A stretch of DNA of 64,000 bases from Candidatus Latescibacterota bacterium (GCA_965197905.1 CBDAOB010000005.1:2240001-2304000), one strand, 5' to 3'; counted from the stretch's first letter, positions 42,441-52,263 are shown. Numbers and translations are program-made. Notes: generated by a model not told the origin, from the sequence alone.

Positions 42441-43611
42441 TGATATGAGAATCGTTCGGGATTCGGCCCAGTGCGTCCAAACCTGACAGGCTAAGCAACG
42501 CCTCATTGTTCACGATACCAATGAGACCACCGACATTGCTCAGCTGGCTCAAGTCCTCAATGCTGGTCAGTTTTGGATTTCCATTGATGGTTACGCTACC
42601 AGAAACGATCGCCAGGTTGTTCAGTCCGTTCAGGCTCTCGAGGGAAGGATTGCGTTGCACGATTAGGCTTCCGACGATCCTGGTTAGGCTTTCCAAACCC
42701 TCCAAACTCTCCAATGAAGAATTCCGTCCGGTTTGGTTGCCTGAAGGTCCGATTATCAGATCGCCTGCGACATTAACCAGATTGTTTAGGCTCTGAAGAG
42801 TCCTCAGATTTTGGTTGCCCCATACCTCTGCAGATCCGTCAACTTCAGTTAAATTCTCAAAGCCCAGAAATGACTGAATTGAGGGATTACTATGAATAAT
42901 TAGGTGGTCTCCTACGCTGGTGAGGTTGCTCAATGCGCCGAGAGCCTCCAGATCTGGATTTTGATGAATTGACAGACCCTTTTCTAAGTCATCGGAAATG
43001 TTGTTTAGGCCTTCAAGGCTTTTCAAACCGGTTACGCCAATTGTTAGTTGCCGCAATTTGGTGAGGTTGGTAAGAGCCGCCAGCGTCCCCAAGGCTGGAT
43101 TTACCTGGACATTCAAGCTCCCTACCTCTCGAAGGTTGTTCAAGCCCTCCAGGCTCTCCAAAGTAGGGTTACCCTGAATAAGGAGGGCCTCACCAACTCG
43201 TCTCAGACTTTGCAAACCGTCCAAACTCGTCAGATTTCGTTGACCCGCAATATGGAAGGAGCCTTCCACCTCGCTCAGGTTCTCCAGTCCCGTTAGACTG
43301 GTCAGATAGTCGACAGGTTGAACCCATGCTGTTCCTACCAAGACGTCTCCACCTATGCGAGTTAGATTTCTTAGGCCTTCTAATGTGGAAACGACGGGCT
43401 GAGCTAGGTCCAGTGTACCGGTTATCTCAAAAGCGCGACCACCTTCTGCAATTAGGGCATCAAGATCCTCCTGACAGCGGATCGTATAATTCCCCTCCAG
43501 TGTCTTGATTTCACCACTGACTGGATCGAAGGGATTTTGTCTGGGAGAATCATGACACGAGTACAGTGTCAAGCTGAGAAATACCAGAGCAACTCCTATA
43601 TAACGAATCAC
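42441..43611 (-). pseudogene. L-domain/LRR repeat lipoprotein interrupted by IS3
   Basis: MIRYIGVALVFLSLTLYSCHDSPRQNPFDP; repeats continue to LGRIPNDSHI, then read into the IS left end. Confidence 0.85.
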
Positions 43612-43982
43612 TCTGGTGTCAGCAGCGAGTCATTCGTCTGAAGCCAAAGATCTCTGCCCACCGTAGTCAGGTTATTAAGACCTTCTAAACTTTCGAGGGA
43701 GTCATTGTGGGTAATGAGCAGATCATCTCCAATTTCAGTCAGGCTGTTTAAACCTTTCAGCGACTTCAGAGTGGATCGTTGAATCAGTAGCGAACCAGTT
43801 ATCTCGAAAGACCCAGCACCCTGATTGATTAGTGCCTCCAAGTCTTCCTGGGTCTTGAGTTCAACATCCCCTTCGATTGTCCTACGGTCCGCAACAGCAG
43901 GATCAGCGGGATTCTTGCGAGGGGAATCGTGACAAGACACCAAGACCATGGAGAGGATTACGACAAACAGCGATCTATACAT
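43608..43982 (-). CDS. Short L-domain/LRR lipoprotein paralogue
   Basis: MYRSLFVVILSMVLVSCHDSPRKNPADP...EGDVELKTQEDL...LKSLKGLNSLTEIG; its stop overlaps the next ATG. Confidence 0.75.
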   Translation of the reverse strand: MYRSLFVVILSMVLVSCHDSPRKNPADPAVADRRTIEGDVELKTQEDLEALINQGAGSFEITGSLLIQRSTLKSLKGLNSLTEIGDDLLITHNDSLESLEGLNNLTTVGRDLWLQTNDSLLTPE

Positions 43983-44019
43983 TCCACTTTTTCGGACATG
44001 GAGGTAGTCCTCTATACCA

Positions 44020-44036
44020 TGGCAAGCACTATGCCA
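44020..44036 (-). promoter_or_regulatory. sigma54 promoter upstream of the L-domain lipoprotein array
   Basis: Reverse strand TGGCATAGTGCTTGCCA (GG-N10-GC), about 40 bp before ATG 43982. Confidence 0.6.
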
Positions 44037-44359
44037 TAGATAGGTTAATGCACCTAAATCAATGTTACGTGTGGGGGTAAGAACGGGGAAAGGGTACATC
44101 TCAGACCCCCTCAGAAGTCCACTATTCAGGACGGTTTACTGCAATGAGATATACGAACTGTTGGAGGGAGAGGCTACCTAGTACTCGTACGTACGGGGCC
44201 AGGAGGGATAGATTTAATTCAGAAGTGGGTCCCCATATTCAACTCAAATCAGAAAGACCTACCCATCCTTGTGGGGGAAGACCAGGTATGAGCATATTGG
44301 GCAACACGGAGACGGATCCGTAGGACGCTAACCCTCGACTATCACTAGGGAGTGATGTT

Positions 44360-44839
44360 ATGAAATATTCAATTAACACTTTGCTATTTGTCCCGTTCTT
44401 ATTCTTCGCGCTACTTTCTTGCGCCAAACCCTCAATGGATGTGACTGCGGTTCGTAAGGCCATTGAGGACGCGGAAGCCAAATTTACTGTGGCGTTCAAT
44501 CAAGGTGACGCCGCAGGTGTGGCCGCACTGTACACAGAAGACGCGACCTTGTTACCACCGAACAGCCAGATGATTCAAGGCAAGCAAGGAATTCAAGATT
44601 TTTGGAACGGTGGCTTCCAAATGGGCCTCAAAGATGCGACCCTAACCACTGTAGATGTTGGCGGTAGTGGTGATACCGCTTACTCAATTGGTAAGTACAC
44701 CCTCAAAATCCAACCAGAGGGCCAAGAAGGAATGTCGGACTCAGGCAAGTATGTAGTAGTCTGGAAACGGCAGGCTGATGATACGTGGAAGTATCACGTA
44801 GATATTTGGAACAGCAGCATGCCGATGCCCGCGCAGTAA
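44360..44839 (+). CDS. NTF2-like/SnoaL (DUF4440, YybH-type) lipoprotein
   Basis: Lipobox LLSC; AFNQGDAAGVAALYTEDATLLPPN...GKYVVVWKRQADDTWK...DIWN. Confidence 0.85.
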   Translation: MKYSINTLLFVPFLFFALLSCAKPSMDVTAVRKAIEDAEAKFTVAFNQGDAAGVAALYTEDATLLPPNSQMIQGKQGIQDFWNGGFQMGLKDATLTTVDVGGSGDTAYSIGKYTLKIQPEGQEGMSDSGKYVVVWKRQADDTWKYHVDIWNSSMPMPAQ

Positions 44840-44916
44840 GCTGACCGCAGGCTAGATTATTCACCTGACAGTTATCCATTGAATCGCGGCGATTCGGTGC
44901 TCTTCGCAATTCGATC

Positions 44917-45171
44917 CTAGGAGTCGGCCTCGTAGCCGTCGCTCATGTAATCGATGGTAATCTGTAGCAATCCGCGCCAGAGCCTCTCCAGTTCGGAGTC
45001 GAATTCCGGTTCCACTTCGTGAAGTGTGGTCATCAGGCTGTCCACCCAGTAAACGTACATCCGAGGAGGGATATCATGACGTTTCTTGCCGCCCGCAAAC
45101 TTCGTGCGAACGTCAGGCGCTTTGGCCATGAACAGCTCGTAGAATCTGGGGATCAGTTGCCGGGCAGTCAT
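44917..45171 (-). pseudogene. Globin-like protein with an internal deletion
   Basis: FYELFMAKAPDVRTKFA is joined directly to KKRHDIPPRMYVYWVDSLMTTLHEVEPEFDSELERLWR; the E/F helix region is missing. Confidence 0.55.
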
Positions 45172-45176
45172 AGCGC

Positions 45177-47507
45177 TTAACGTTCTTGGCCTGCCAGATC
45201 GGCGAAGAGGAAAAAATCGACATGGTGGATATGGCCGTCATCATCCAGGTCGAAACGGGGCTCGGCCGGCGGCACCCGGCGATTGAATTGATCGGCGAAT
45301 AGCAGGAAATCATTCATGTCGATGCTGCCGTCGGCATTGAAATCTCCTGCCTTAACAAGCTCCACATTGGCAGCCGTTATGTTGGCCGGCGCAAAAACGA
45401 CGCTACGATCGAGCCCGACTTCGTCGTCCCGATGCCAAATAACGCGGCTGACCGCCAGCTCGGTTTGACCTGAGAATCCGTCTAGGACCTGAAATGATAG
45501 TGTTCCCAGGATGCCGTTACCGGAGGCGGGAATCTCCTCTGCAAGGATGGTGCCCCCGATTTCTACACTGTTGCTGCTTACCTGTTCGGTAGGGTTCAAT
45601 CGGTCGAGAAACCGACCTGGAACGAAGCTTCCTTCAACATATGACAATTCGTCGGGGTTGAAATCGATACGCACGTTCCAACCCACCACCTCCGGAGCAC
45701 CCTTGGCGTGAAGCTGAAGCATGTGGATCGAACCCGGGACCGCGCCGCCAAGGAGTCTCTGTTGCTGGTTCCCAAGGTCCAGGTTGAAGTCGATAGCAAC
45801 CAGCCCTTCTTCCGGTTCACGTCCCTGGCACCGCAGCAGAATAGTCGATTGCCCTTCCTCATGTGCTAACGTCAGCACAACTTCGACCGGGTCGGTTGTC
45901 ACCGGCACGAAGAAAAGGCGTACCGTATGCTGTTCGCCGCCTGAAAAGTTGAGACTCGTCGGCTCGACGCCGAAAGGAGATTCAACAGGAAGTTCAGCAT
46001 CGATCTCAAGCGGCAGATTCCCGGGATTGGTCAAAACCAGCGTCCGCCACAGGGTGTCGCCGATCACGGCTGGGAAAAAGGAGATGTTATCGCTCTCTGC
46101 GACGAGTCGGCGCCATACACTCCGTCCCACGGCCGCTACCTGAACGGTACCTAACTTTGTGGCGCTGGTCAGCTGGGCGGTCTGCACGTCGGCGATATCG
46201 TCGGTGGCAGAAAACCGCGCGACGATGTCAATCTTCTCACCGGACTGCAGAATCATCGGCAATACAGGACTGTGCACGTTCAGATGGGGGGATGTACTGG
46301 AAAACGGGACCAGCTCCATTGTGACGGGGTGGTCGTTGGTCAAGGCGAACGACCGATCCACCGTCTCCCCCGCGGGGACATCGCCAAATTCCAAAAGACT
46401 CGGCTCGGTCATCAACACCGGCAGCGGAGCTTCGGCCACCTGTATATCCAGGCGCAACCGACTGGTCCCTCCCTGGCCGTCCTCGTAGGTCACAGCGAGC
46501 GGATAGATTCCTGCTTGGTCGTAAAAGGGGAACCACTTGAGCATCGTGCCTTCTAGTGCAGCCCCAGGGGGCAGTGCCGTTACTGTCATCTGGATGGCGT
46601 CGCCTTCTGGGTCGGTGGCCGCCACATCCAGCACCAAAAACTCTCCTTCCTTTATGTGCTGATTTTCGATCGACGGGATTATGGGGCCGTCGTTAAGCGC
46701 ACGAACGGCAAATCGCAACCAGGTGCGGGCAAACTCTAGACCACTGCCATCAACAACGCTGAAGCTAAGACTGTCGCGCTGGGTTTCTGAGCCATCGTGC
46801 ACATAACTCACCAGTGAATTGTCGATGTCCGCTTGAGTGAACGCGCTTCGGTTAAGACGGCCGTGAGACGGACCGGAGTTAACCGTAAACGCCAACTGGT
46901 TGGTTGGGGTGTCGGGATCCAGAACGCGCAGATACCCATTGCTGACAACAACAGTCGCACCTTCGTCAACCGGTACCGTTTGGAGTACGTCGATGGCGCC
47001 GATCGATGCCGGGACCTGCGCCCCGTTCTCCTGGGGGAAACTCGAAGCATCGCCTGGCTTAGAGACCAGCAACGCCGTCGCCGGGGCCGCCTGGCCCGGT
47101 CGCCAAGCGCCATTCGGATCCTGTAGCTCCCGACCGTTGGTAAACCCGTCTCCATCGGAGTCCAGGGCCGCCAGTTCCGGCCCCCAAAACTCCTGACTCC
47201 CTCCCGGAGTGACGCGAGCCTCCACAGCCAGTCCGAACGGGTTGCGGGGCGAGCCCCCTCCACTGGTATGGCAGGTATTGCACCCGGCAGGGGCGTACGG
47301 AATCATACTGGTACGGAACGATCGCGCTTCGACTTGTTCTGCTTGAGTGAGTATGAATGATCCAGCGAGGAGGAGGCAGAAGAAACGCTGCCCACCACCC
47401 ACCCCGACTATCACAGGTCGACGCAGCAACCGACGTTTCGCAAGCCGGAGCAAACAGCAGGACCTGGTTCTATGCGACAAGTGATCCGGTCGGCTATGCA
47501 TAGGCAT
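45177..47507 (-). CDS. Secreted multidomain protein: CxxCH temptin-like N-domain, cadherin/Ig-like repeats, cohesin-like domain and dockerin/EF-hand tail
   Basis: GCNTCHTSGGGSPRNPFG...LDSDGDGFTNGRELQDP; FTQADI...YVHDGSET; ATDPEGD; LEFGDV; GDFNADGSIDMNDFLLF...DLDDDGHI. True start is uncertain and probably downstream of 47507. Confidence 0.78.
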   Translation of the reverse strand: MPMHSRPDHLSHRTRSCCLLRLAKRRLLRRPVIVGVGGGQRFFCLLLAGSFILTQAEQVEARSFRTSMIPYAPAGCNTCHTSGGGSPRNPFGLAVEARVTPGGSQEFWGPELAALDSDGDGFTNGRELQDPNGAWRPGQAAPATALLVSKPGDASSFPQENGAQVPASIGAIDVLQTVPVDEGATVVVSNGYLRVLDPDTPTNQLAFTVNSGPSHGRLNRSAFTQADIDNSLVSYVHDGSETQRDSLSFSVVDGSGLEFARTWLRFAVRALNDGPIIPSIENQHIKEGEFLVLDVAATDPEGDAIQMTVTALPPGAALEGTMLKWFPFYDQAGIYPLAVTYEDGQGGTSRLRLDIQVAEAPLPVLMTEPSLLEFGDVPAGETVDRSFALTNDHPVTMELVPFSSTSPHLNVHSPVLPMILQSGEKIDIVARFSATDDIADVQTAQLTSATKLGTVQVAAVGRSVWRRLVAESDNISFFPAVIGDTLWRTLVLTNPGNLPLEIDAELPVESPFGVEPTSLNFSGGEQHTVRLFFVPVTTDPVEVVLTLAHEEGQSTILLRCQGREPEEGLVAIDFNLDLGNQQQRLLGGAVPGSIHMLQLHAKGAPEVVGWNVRIDFNPDELSYVEGSFVPGRFLDRLNPTEQVSSNSVEIGGTILAEEIPASGNGILGTLSFQVLDGFSGQTELAVSRVIWHRDDEVGLDRSVVFAPANITAANVELVKAGDFNADGSIDMNDFLLFADQFNRRVPPAEPRFDLDDDGHIHHVDFFLFADLAGQER

Positions 47508-47661
47508 GGACGGGTGTCTGATGTAAAACCTTGGCGCCGGATCTGCTCATGGGTGCCCCAGGGGTGGTTTCCGCGGGTCCATTACGGGACCTTCATATCG
47601 CCACAAAACGGCATTGACGGTTTTTGGTTCGCTACCGACTGGCACGTGAAATAGACTGTGG

Positions 47662-48573
47662 TCACTCACCCTTCAAAGCCAGCCACCAGGTCGCCACCAG
47701 GATCAGCAGCGCCGCACCAGCCGATACCCCCTGTCCCCGAAGGTTCAGACGCCAGCTGCAAGCTATTCCGCCAGCCGCCCATCCCATCACCAGCCCGACT
47801 GCCACACCGGTCAGATGCGCCATCACATCCGTGCGCTCGCCAGAAGTGCCCAGCAGCCCCAAGAACACCGCTCCGATCACCGGTGGCGCCCAGCGCCGCA
47901 ACAGGCTCCCGCGTGCCGCAACCGGTTTCCGCCACTGGAGCCCCATGAGCATACCGACTACGCCGAAGACGCCGGTCGAGGCGCCGATCGAAGCGTGCTC
48001 GGGTGGCTGGATCCAGGCGTTTAGACCGTTGCCCAGAGCGCCGCTCACCACCATCGCCAGCCATGCCCAGCCCACCCCCCTCTCCTGGGCCAGCAGCACG
48101 CCGAACAGCGAGCCGAAGACCAGATTGTTCAGCAGATGCGACCCGTCTGCATGGAGCGTGAGCGCCGTCACCGTCCGCCACCACTCGCCCTGGCCGACAA
48201 GCAGTGCGTGTGCTCTGCCGGCTTCCAGCCAGTCCGATCCGAAAACCCGATGCTTGTCGAAAGCGCCGAAAGTCAGCAGCGCACACCAGTACCCCGGCAG
48301 GAACCCCGAACCACTGCCTACCTCCGGCGCCTTCGGTTCCACCGGTTGCGGCTCTTCGGCCTCGGCCTCGTACTCGGCCAATTCTCGCCGCGCCCGCTCC
48401 GCCTCCTGCACCGGTACCAGCAGACGGTAGCCCTCCTCCTGGTCCAGCCAGTGGTCGATGCCCAGCGCCTCCAGCACCAGGGCTAACTCCAACCACCGTT
48501 CGAGCTCCGGGCCGCGGTAGACATCGATCCAGCTGTCCTCTTCGCCTGGAAAGATCCTCTGAAATTTGTTCAT
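47662..48573 (-). CDS. Rhomboid family intramembrane serine protease
   Basis: EWWRTVTALTLHAD..HLLNN, GASTGVFG (Ser), DVMAHLTG (His). Confidence 0.9.
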   Translation of the reverse strand: MNKFQRIFPGEEDSWIDVYRGPELERWLELALVLEALGIDHWLDQEEGYRLLVPVQEAERARRELAEYEAEAEEPQPVEPKAPEVGSGSGFLPGYWCALLTFGAFDKHRVFGSDWLEAGRAHALLVGQGEWWRTVTALTLHADGSHLLNNLVFGSLFGVLLAQERGVGWAWLAMVVSGALGNGLNAWIQPPEHASIGASTGVFGVVGMLMGLQWRKPVAARGSLLRRWAPPVIGAVFLGLLGTSGERTDVMAHLTGVAVGLVMGWAAGGIACSWRLNLRGQGVSAGAALLILVATWWLALKGE

Positions 48574-48814
48574 ACTCTTGGAAAAAGACCGTCACAAACG
48601 CCTACTCAACTCGTCATCGCGCACTCAATTCACCGAATATACGCTCTGCAGCCTGATCATAGCATTGGCCGAATCCTGGCGTCTGAGCTCCTACGGAATC
48701 CTCGTCGGATCCGCATTTCCGTTGCGAGGCCTTATTTGGAGACCGAACCCTCGAATTAAATGAAAAAGAATAGCTACGAATTTCCTGGGAACAACGGAAA
48801 TAGGGAGCTATTCT

Positions 48815-49000
48815 ATGGAGAAGAAAGAGGTGATTGTTACGGTGCGCTTGAACCGCGAGGGGTTGGGGCGCTGGACCAGCTAACGGTGGGAAGTACAGCC
48901 GTTCTCAGATAATGAGGATCGTGTTGTAAGACTTCCTGAAGAAGCCTGAGAAGGAACAACGGAAGTTTATTACGAGTTGGCTTCAAGTATACACGGGAAA
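48815..49000 (+). pseudogene. Degraded ribbon-helix-helix (CopG-like) gene
   Basis: Across frameshifts and a stop it reads MEKKEVIVTVRLNREGL..LDQL..GKYSRSQIMRIVL*DFLKKPEKEQRKF. Confidence 0.45.
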
Positions 49001-49225
49001 CGGTTGTACTCTCCGCATGACAGCGTGAACTCCTTCCTGCCCCAGAGCGGGCTCCAAAGGTTAGTTGAGTTCCTTTGGAAGGTACTTCACGCTGTTTCTT
49101 TTTGCAGAAAACCTAGGACATTACCCGGCAAGACCGAGGTATCGCTTTCTCCGCACGATTGAGCAACATCAAGAACCAGCTGATTGTAATATGGAGACTC
49201 ATCCTCACAGAGAGCTTACCAGGTT

Positions 49226-51202
49226 GTGTCAATAGATCCCGATATGCCCGAAAGCACAAGGTCAGGTTCATCGCACCGTGCCGATCGGTGGGCGATCACC
49301 CTCCGCAGCCTGGTGATCGGCGCATTCTCAGCCCTGAGTATCGCGCTGATCCTGCCGTACACCATCAACGTGATCCACGGCTCGCGCATCGGTCTCAGCT
49401 CCTGCACGCCGGCCGCTTTTATCCTGTTTTTCGTCGTGCTGCTGACGGTGCAGGTGGTGCTCACCTTGCTGAAACGAAACTGGCATCTGCGCCCCGGGGA
49501 GCTTGTAGTAATTTTCAGCATGATGGCGGTGGCGACGCACATTCCCAACCGCGGCGTATCGGGGAGGCTCGTGGTCGGAGTTACTGGGAGTAGCTTCTAC
49601 GCCACCCCCGAAAACAACTGGACGGAGCACGTCGATTTGATACGGCCGGACTGGCTCGCGCTCGACGATAGCCGGGCGGTCCGGGATTTGTACCACGGTG
49701 GGGACGTCGACCGGATTCCCTGGCATCTGTGGCTGCCGGTTCTGTCGCGCTGGTTTGTCCTCATTGTTGCCTACCACCTCATGCTGCTGAGCGCGTTGGT
49801 GATCCTGCGGCGACAGTGGGTGGAAAACGAGCGCCTGGCGTTTCCCATGGCCCAGGTGCCTCTGGCCATGGTGCAGGACAACGGCAGCCCCAATTCGATC
49901 ATCAAACCGTTCTTCAAGAATCCGGTCATGTGGGCCGGCTTCCTCTTCTGCTTTTTGATCAATAGCACCAACATTTTGCACAACTATGTCCCCTGGATTC
50001 CCGCCTTCATGGGACAAGCCGAGTTCATGATTTTTCGGGAACAGATCCAGATCCAACTTCGCATCAACTTTCTCATGCTGGGTTTTGGCTATTTCATCAA
50101 CACCGGCGTGGCCTTCAGCATCTGGTTCTTCTACCTCCTCAAGCTCGCCCAGCAAGGTCTCTTCATGACCCTGGGCATCAATCCGTACCAAAGCCTGAGT
50201 CCCGGCAGCGGGTCGATCTTCGGCCACCAGATGATGGGTGCATTGATCGTGCTGGTGGTCTTTGGTCTCTGGACCGCACGGTCCCACCTCAAGGAGGTTT
50301 TGCTCAAGGCTTGGAACAGCGATGCACCGGTGGACGACTCGCGGGAAATCATGTCGTATCGGACTGCCGTACTCTGCTTTCTGGGCGGCGCGGCGGTCGT
50401 GTTCGTCTGGTTGTGGCAATCGGGCTTTCCGGCCTGGGCCGCGCCGGTCTTCATCTTTGCCATCCTGGTAATCATGATCGGACTGGCGCGGGTCATCGCC
50501 GAGACCGGTATACCCACCGTCACGCCCTCCATGGGGCCGGCTACCTTCGTAATGTCCAGCATCGGCGCAACGGCTCTGGGCATGCAAGGGGTGGTGGCAG
50601 CAGGGTACACGCTGGTGTGGGCGGGCGGTTTTCTAACCTTCGTTACCGCGCCCATGGCCAACGCGCTACGTCTGGGCTCGGAGATCACCCGGCATCGACG
50701 GGCCTTGGTGATCGCCATCATGGCGGCTTCGGCGATTGCCATCGCGGCCGGTACCTGGTATTGGATCTATCTGGGGTACGAACACGGAGGTATCAACCTC
50801 AATTCCAGATATTACCAGGTCTACTCGCAGTCAGCACCCCGCTTCGCCGAGGCCGGGATCGCTAGCGCGACGGGGACCAACCTGGTCGGGTGGATCTGGT
50901 CCGGAATTGGGGCGGCAGTCATGATCGGTCTGATGATCGCGCGCCACACCTTTGCCTGGTGGCCTTTTCATCCCATCGGCTTTGTCATCAGTACCTCGTG
51001 GGTGTTGACCGCTACGTGGATGTCGACGCTGTTGGCCTGGCTGATCAAGCTAGCGGTGTTGAAGTATGGCGGACCTGCGCTCTACGAACGAACCAAGCCG
51101 TTTTTCATAGGGATTATTCTGGGCCAGTTCGTGGCGGCGGGTTTCTGGCTGCTGGTGGATACCTTTACCGGTGTGAGATACAATCATATCCGCGTGTATT
51201 AG
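49226..51202 (+). CDS. DUF6785/DUF6784-type multi-pass membrane protein (putative peptide transporter)
   Basis: ELVVIFSMM, FYATPENNW, LRRQWVENERLAFPMAQVP, WWPFHPIGF, LIKLAVLKYGG...KPFFIGIILG. Confidence 0.75.
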   Translation: MSIDPDMPESTRSGSSHRADRWAITLRSLVIGAFSALSIALILPYTINVIHGSRIGLSSCTPAAFILFFVVLLTVQVVLTLLKRNWHLRPGELVVIFSMMAVATHIPNRGVSGRLVVGVTGSSFYATPENNWTEHVDLIRPDWLALDDSRAVRDLYHGGDVDRIPWHLWLPVLSRWFVLIVAYHLMLLSALVILRRQWVENERLAFPMAQVPLAMVQDNGSPNSIIKPFFKNPVMWAGFLFCFLINSTNILHNYVPWIPAFMGQAEFMIFREQIQIQLRINFLMLGFGYFINTGVAFSIWFFYLLKLAQQGLFMTLGINPYQSLSPGSGSIFGHQMMGALIVLVVFGLWTARSHLKEVLLKAWNSDAPVDDSREIMSYRTAVLCFLGGAAVVFVWLWQSGFPAWAAPVFIFAILVIMIGLARVIAETGIPTVTPSMGPATFVMSSIGATALGMQGVVAAGYTLVWAGGFLTFVTAPMANALRLGSEITRHRRALVIAIMAASAIAIAAGTWYWIYLGYEHGGINLNSRYYQVYSQSAPRFAEAGIASATGTNLVGWIWSGIGAAVMIGLMIARHTFAWWPFHPIGFVISTSWVLTATWMSTLLAWLIKLAVLKYGGPALYERTKPFFIGIILGQFVAAGFWLLVDTFTGVRYNHIRVY

Positions 51203-51229
51203 CAGTGGTCCTAAAGGGGTCGACTGACT

Positions 51230-51712
51230 CTAGTCTAGAGTCTGCTTTTGCGGGTCATCCTCGGGGTTGAGATAGAAGATGCCCCACGGACCCACACCGT
51301 TGAGCTGTATTACAATCTCTTTTTCGCAAAAGGCGTACATCGGCATCCCCGTGGGCATGACGAGGAGGCTGCCGGCAGGGAACGCCTTGGTCTTGGATCG
51401 GTCGAACTTGGCACCGTGAGCGAAGTGAAGCGTGCCTGAAATGACCGTCACACGTTCCGTGGTAGGGTGGGTGTGAGGTGCAATATCGACGCCAGCTGGC
51501 ACCATGATCCTGGCTGTAAAGTGTGCGGGTTTTGTCATGTCTCCCTCGAGAACGACGATCTTGGCGCCAGGGGCGATCGAAGGAGCGTCCTTCCAGGCGA
51601 GTTCCTCCGGCGTTGCGTATATCGGCTGGGAGGGGCCGGTTTGTCCCATTGTGCTGTCTGCGCCGAATCCGATCAGCGTCATGGAAAGTAAAACTAAGGT
51701 AAATTTCCGCAT
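51230..51712 (-). CDS. Secreted cupin-domain protein
   Basis: Signal peptide; LEGD, PHTHPTTERVTVISGT, GPWGIFYLNPEDDP. Confidence 0.85.
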   Translation of the reverse strand: MRKFTLVLLSMTLIGFGADSTMGQTGPSQPIYATPEELAWKDAPSIAPGAKIVVLEGDMTKPAHFTARIMVPAGVDIAPHTHPTTERVTVISGTLHFAHGAKFDRSKTKAFPAGSLLVMPTGMPMYAFCEKEIVIQLNGVGPWGIFYLNPEDDPQKQTLD

Positions 51713-51891
51713 TTCCTGACCTCCTGTAACTGGTTCCGAGGAACTGATGGGAGAGGTTATGACTTTCCGCGAATATCAGCGAAAATGAGGGGTGGCACAA
51801 GAACGAGGCGGTCGGGAAGGTTTTGCAGGAGATCACCGAGCCGGCGATGTGCCTATCGTGGCGCACGCAGAAGATCGCGAGCCACCTGTGT

Positions 51892-52146
51892 CTAGGTCGT
51901 AGCCTTGACCGTGAAGCGGATTTGCACTTCGGGATTTTTGGCGCTCAGAATCGCTTTGACCTTCGACTTCGCGTCGTCGATAGCTTCCGATTCCGTCGGA
52001 AACAAATCCTGTTTCAGTTCGATGATCTGGGTCTGAAACGAGTTTCTCTGTCGGCGCAAGATGGTGACGGAAGCGCTGTACAGTGACCCTTCGCGCTTCT
52101 TCGACAGGATATTGACCATGTAGGTTAGATCGTCAAGCGTAGTCAT
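51892..52146 (-). CDS. Hypothetical protein
   Basis: 84-aa ORF with plausible composition; no motif recognised. Confidence 0.4.
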   Translation of the reverse strand: MTTLDDLTYMVNILSKKREGSLYSASVTILRRQRNSFQTQIIELKQDLFPTESEAIDDAKSKVKAILSAKNPEVQIRFTVKATT

Positions 52147-52263
52147 GCAATACTTCGAGCTACAAAGGGGGCCAGCGTTGAACGTAAATCGTGGGGGAAA
52201 TTACTGTTACTGTTCGGGGGGTGTTGTTAAGATAGGTTCAAGTATGGATCTGTGCCAGTCTTG

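Noticed and set aside
38531..43982. Shufflon or DGR diversifying the LRR array
   Set aside because: All paralogues are co-oriented, no inverted crossover sites were seen, the recombinase is only an HTH remnant, there is no reverse transcriptase, and the 255-bp copies show no adenine-specific mismatches.
49328..50587. Long alternative-frame or antisense ORFs (also 54882..56075, 53537..54496, 14602..15492, 47666..48595)
   Set aside because: Shadows of well-supported genes, with no recognisable motifs.
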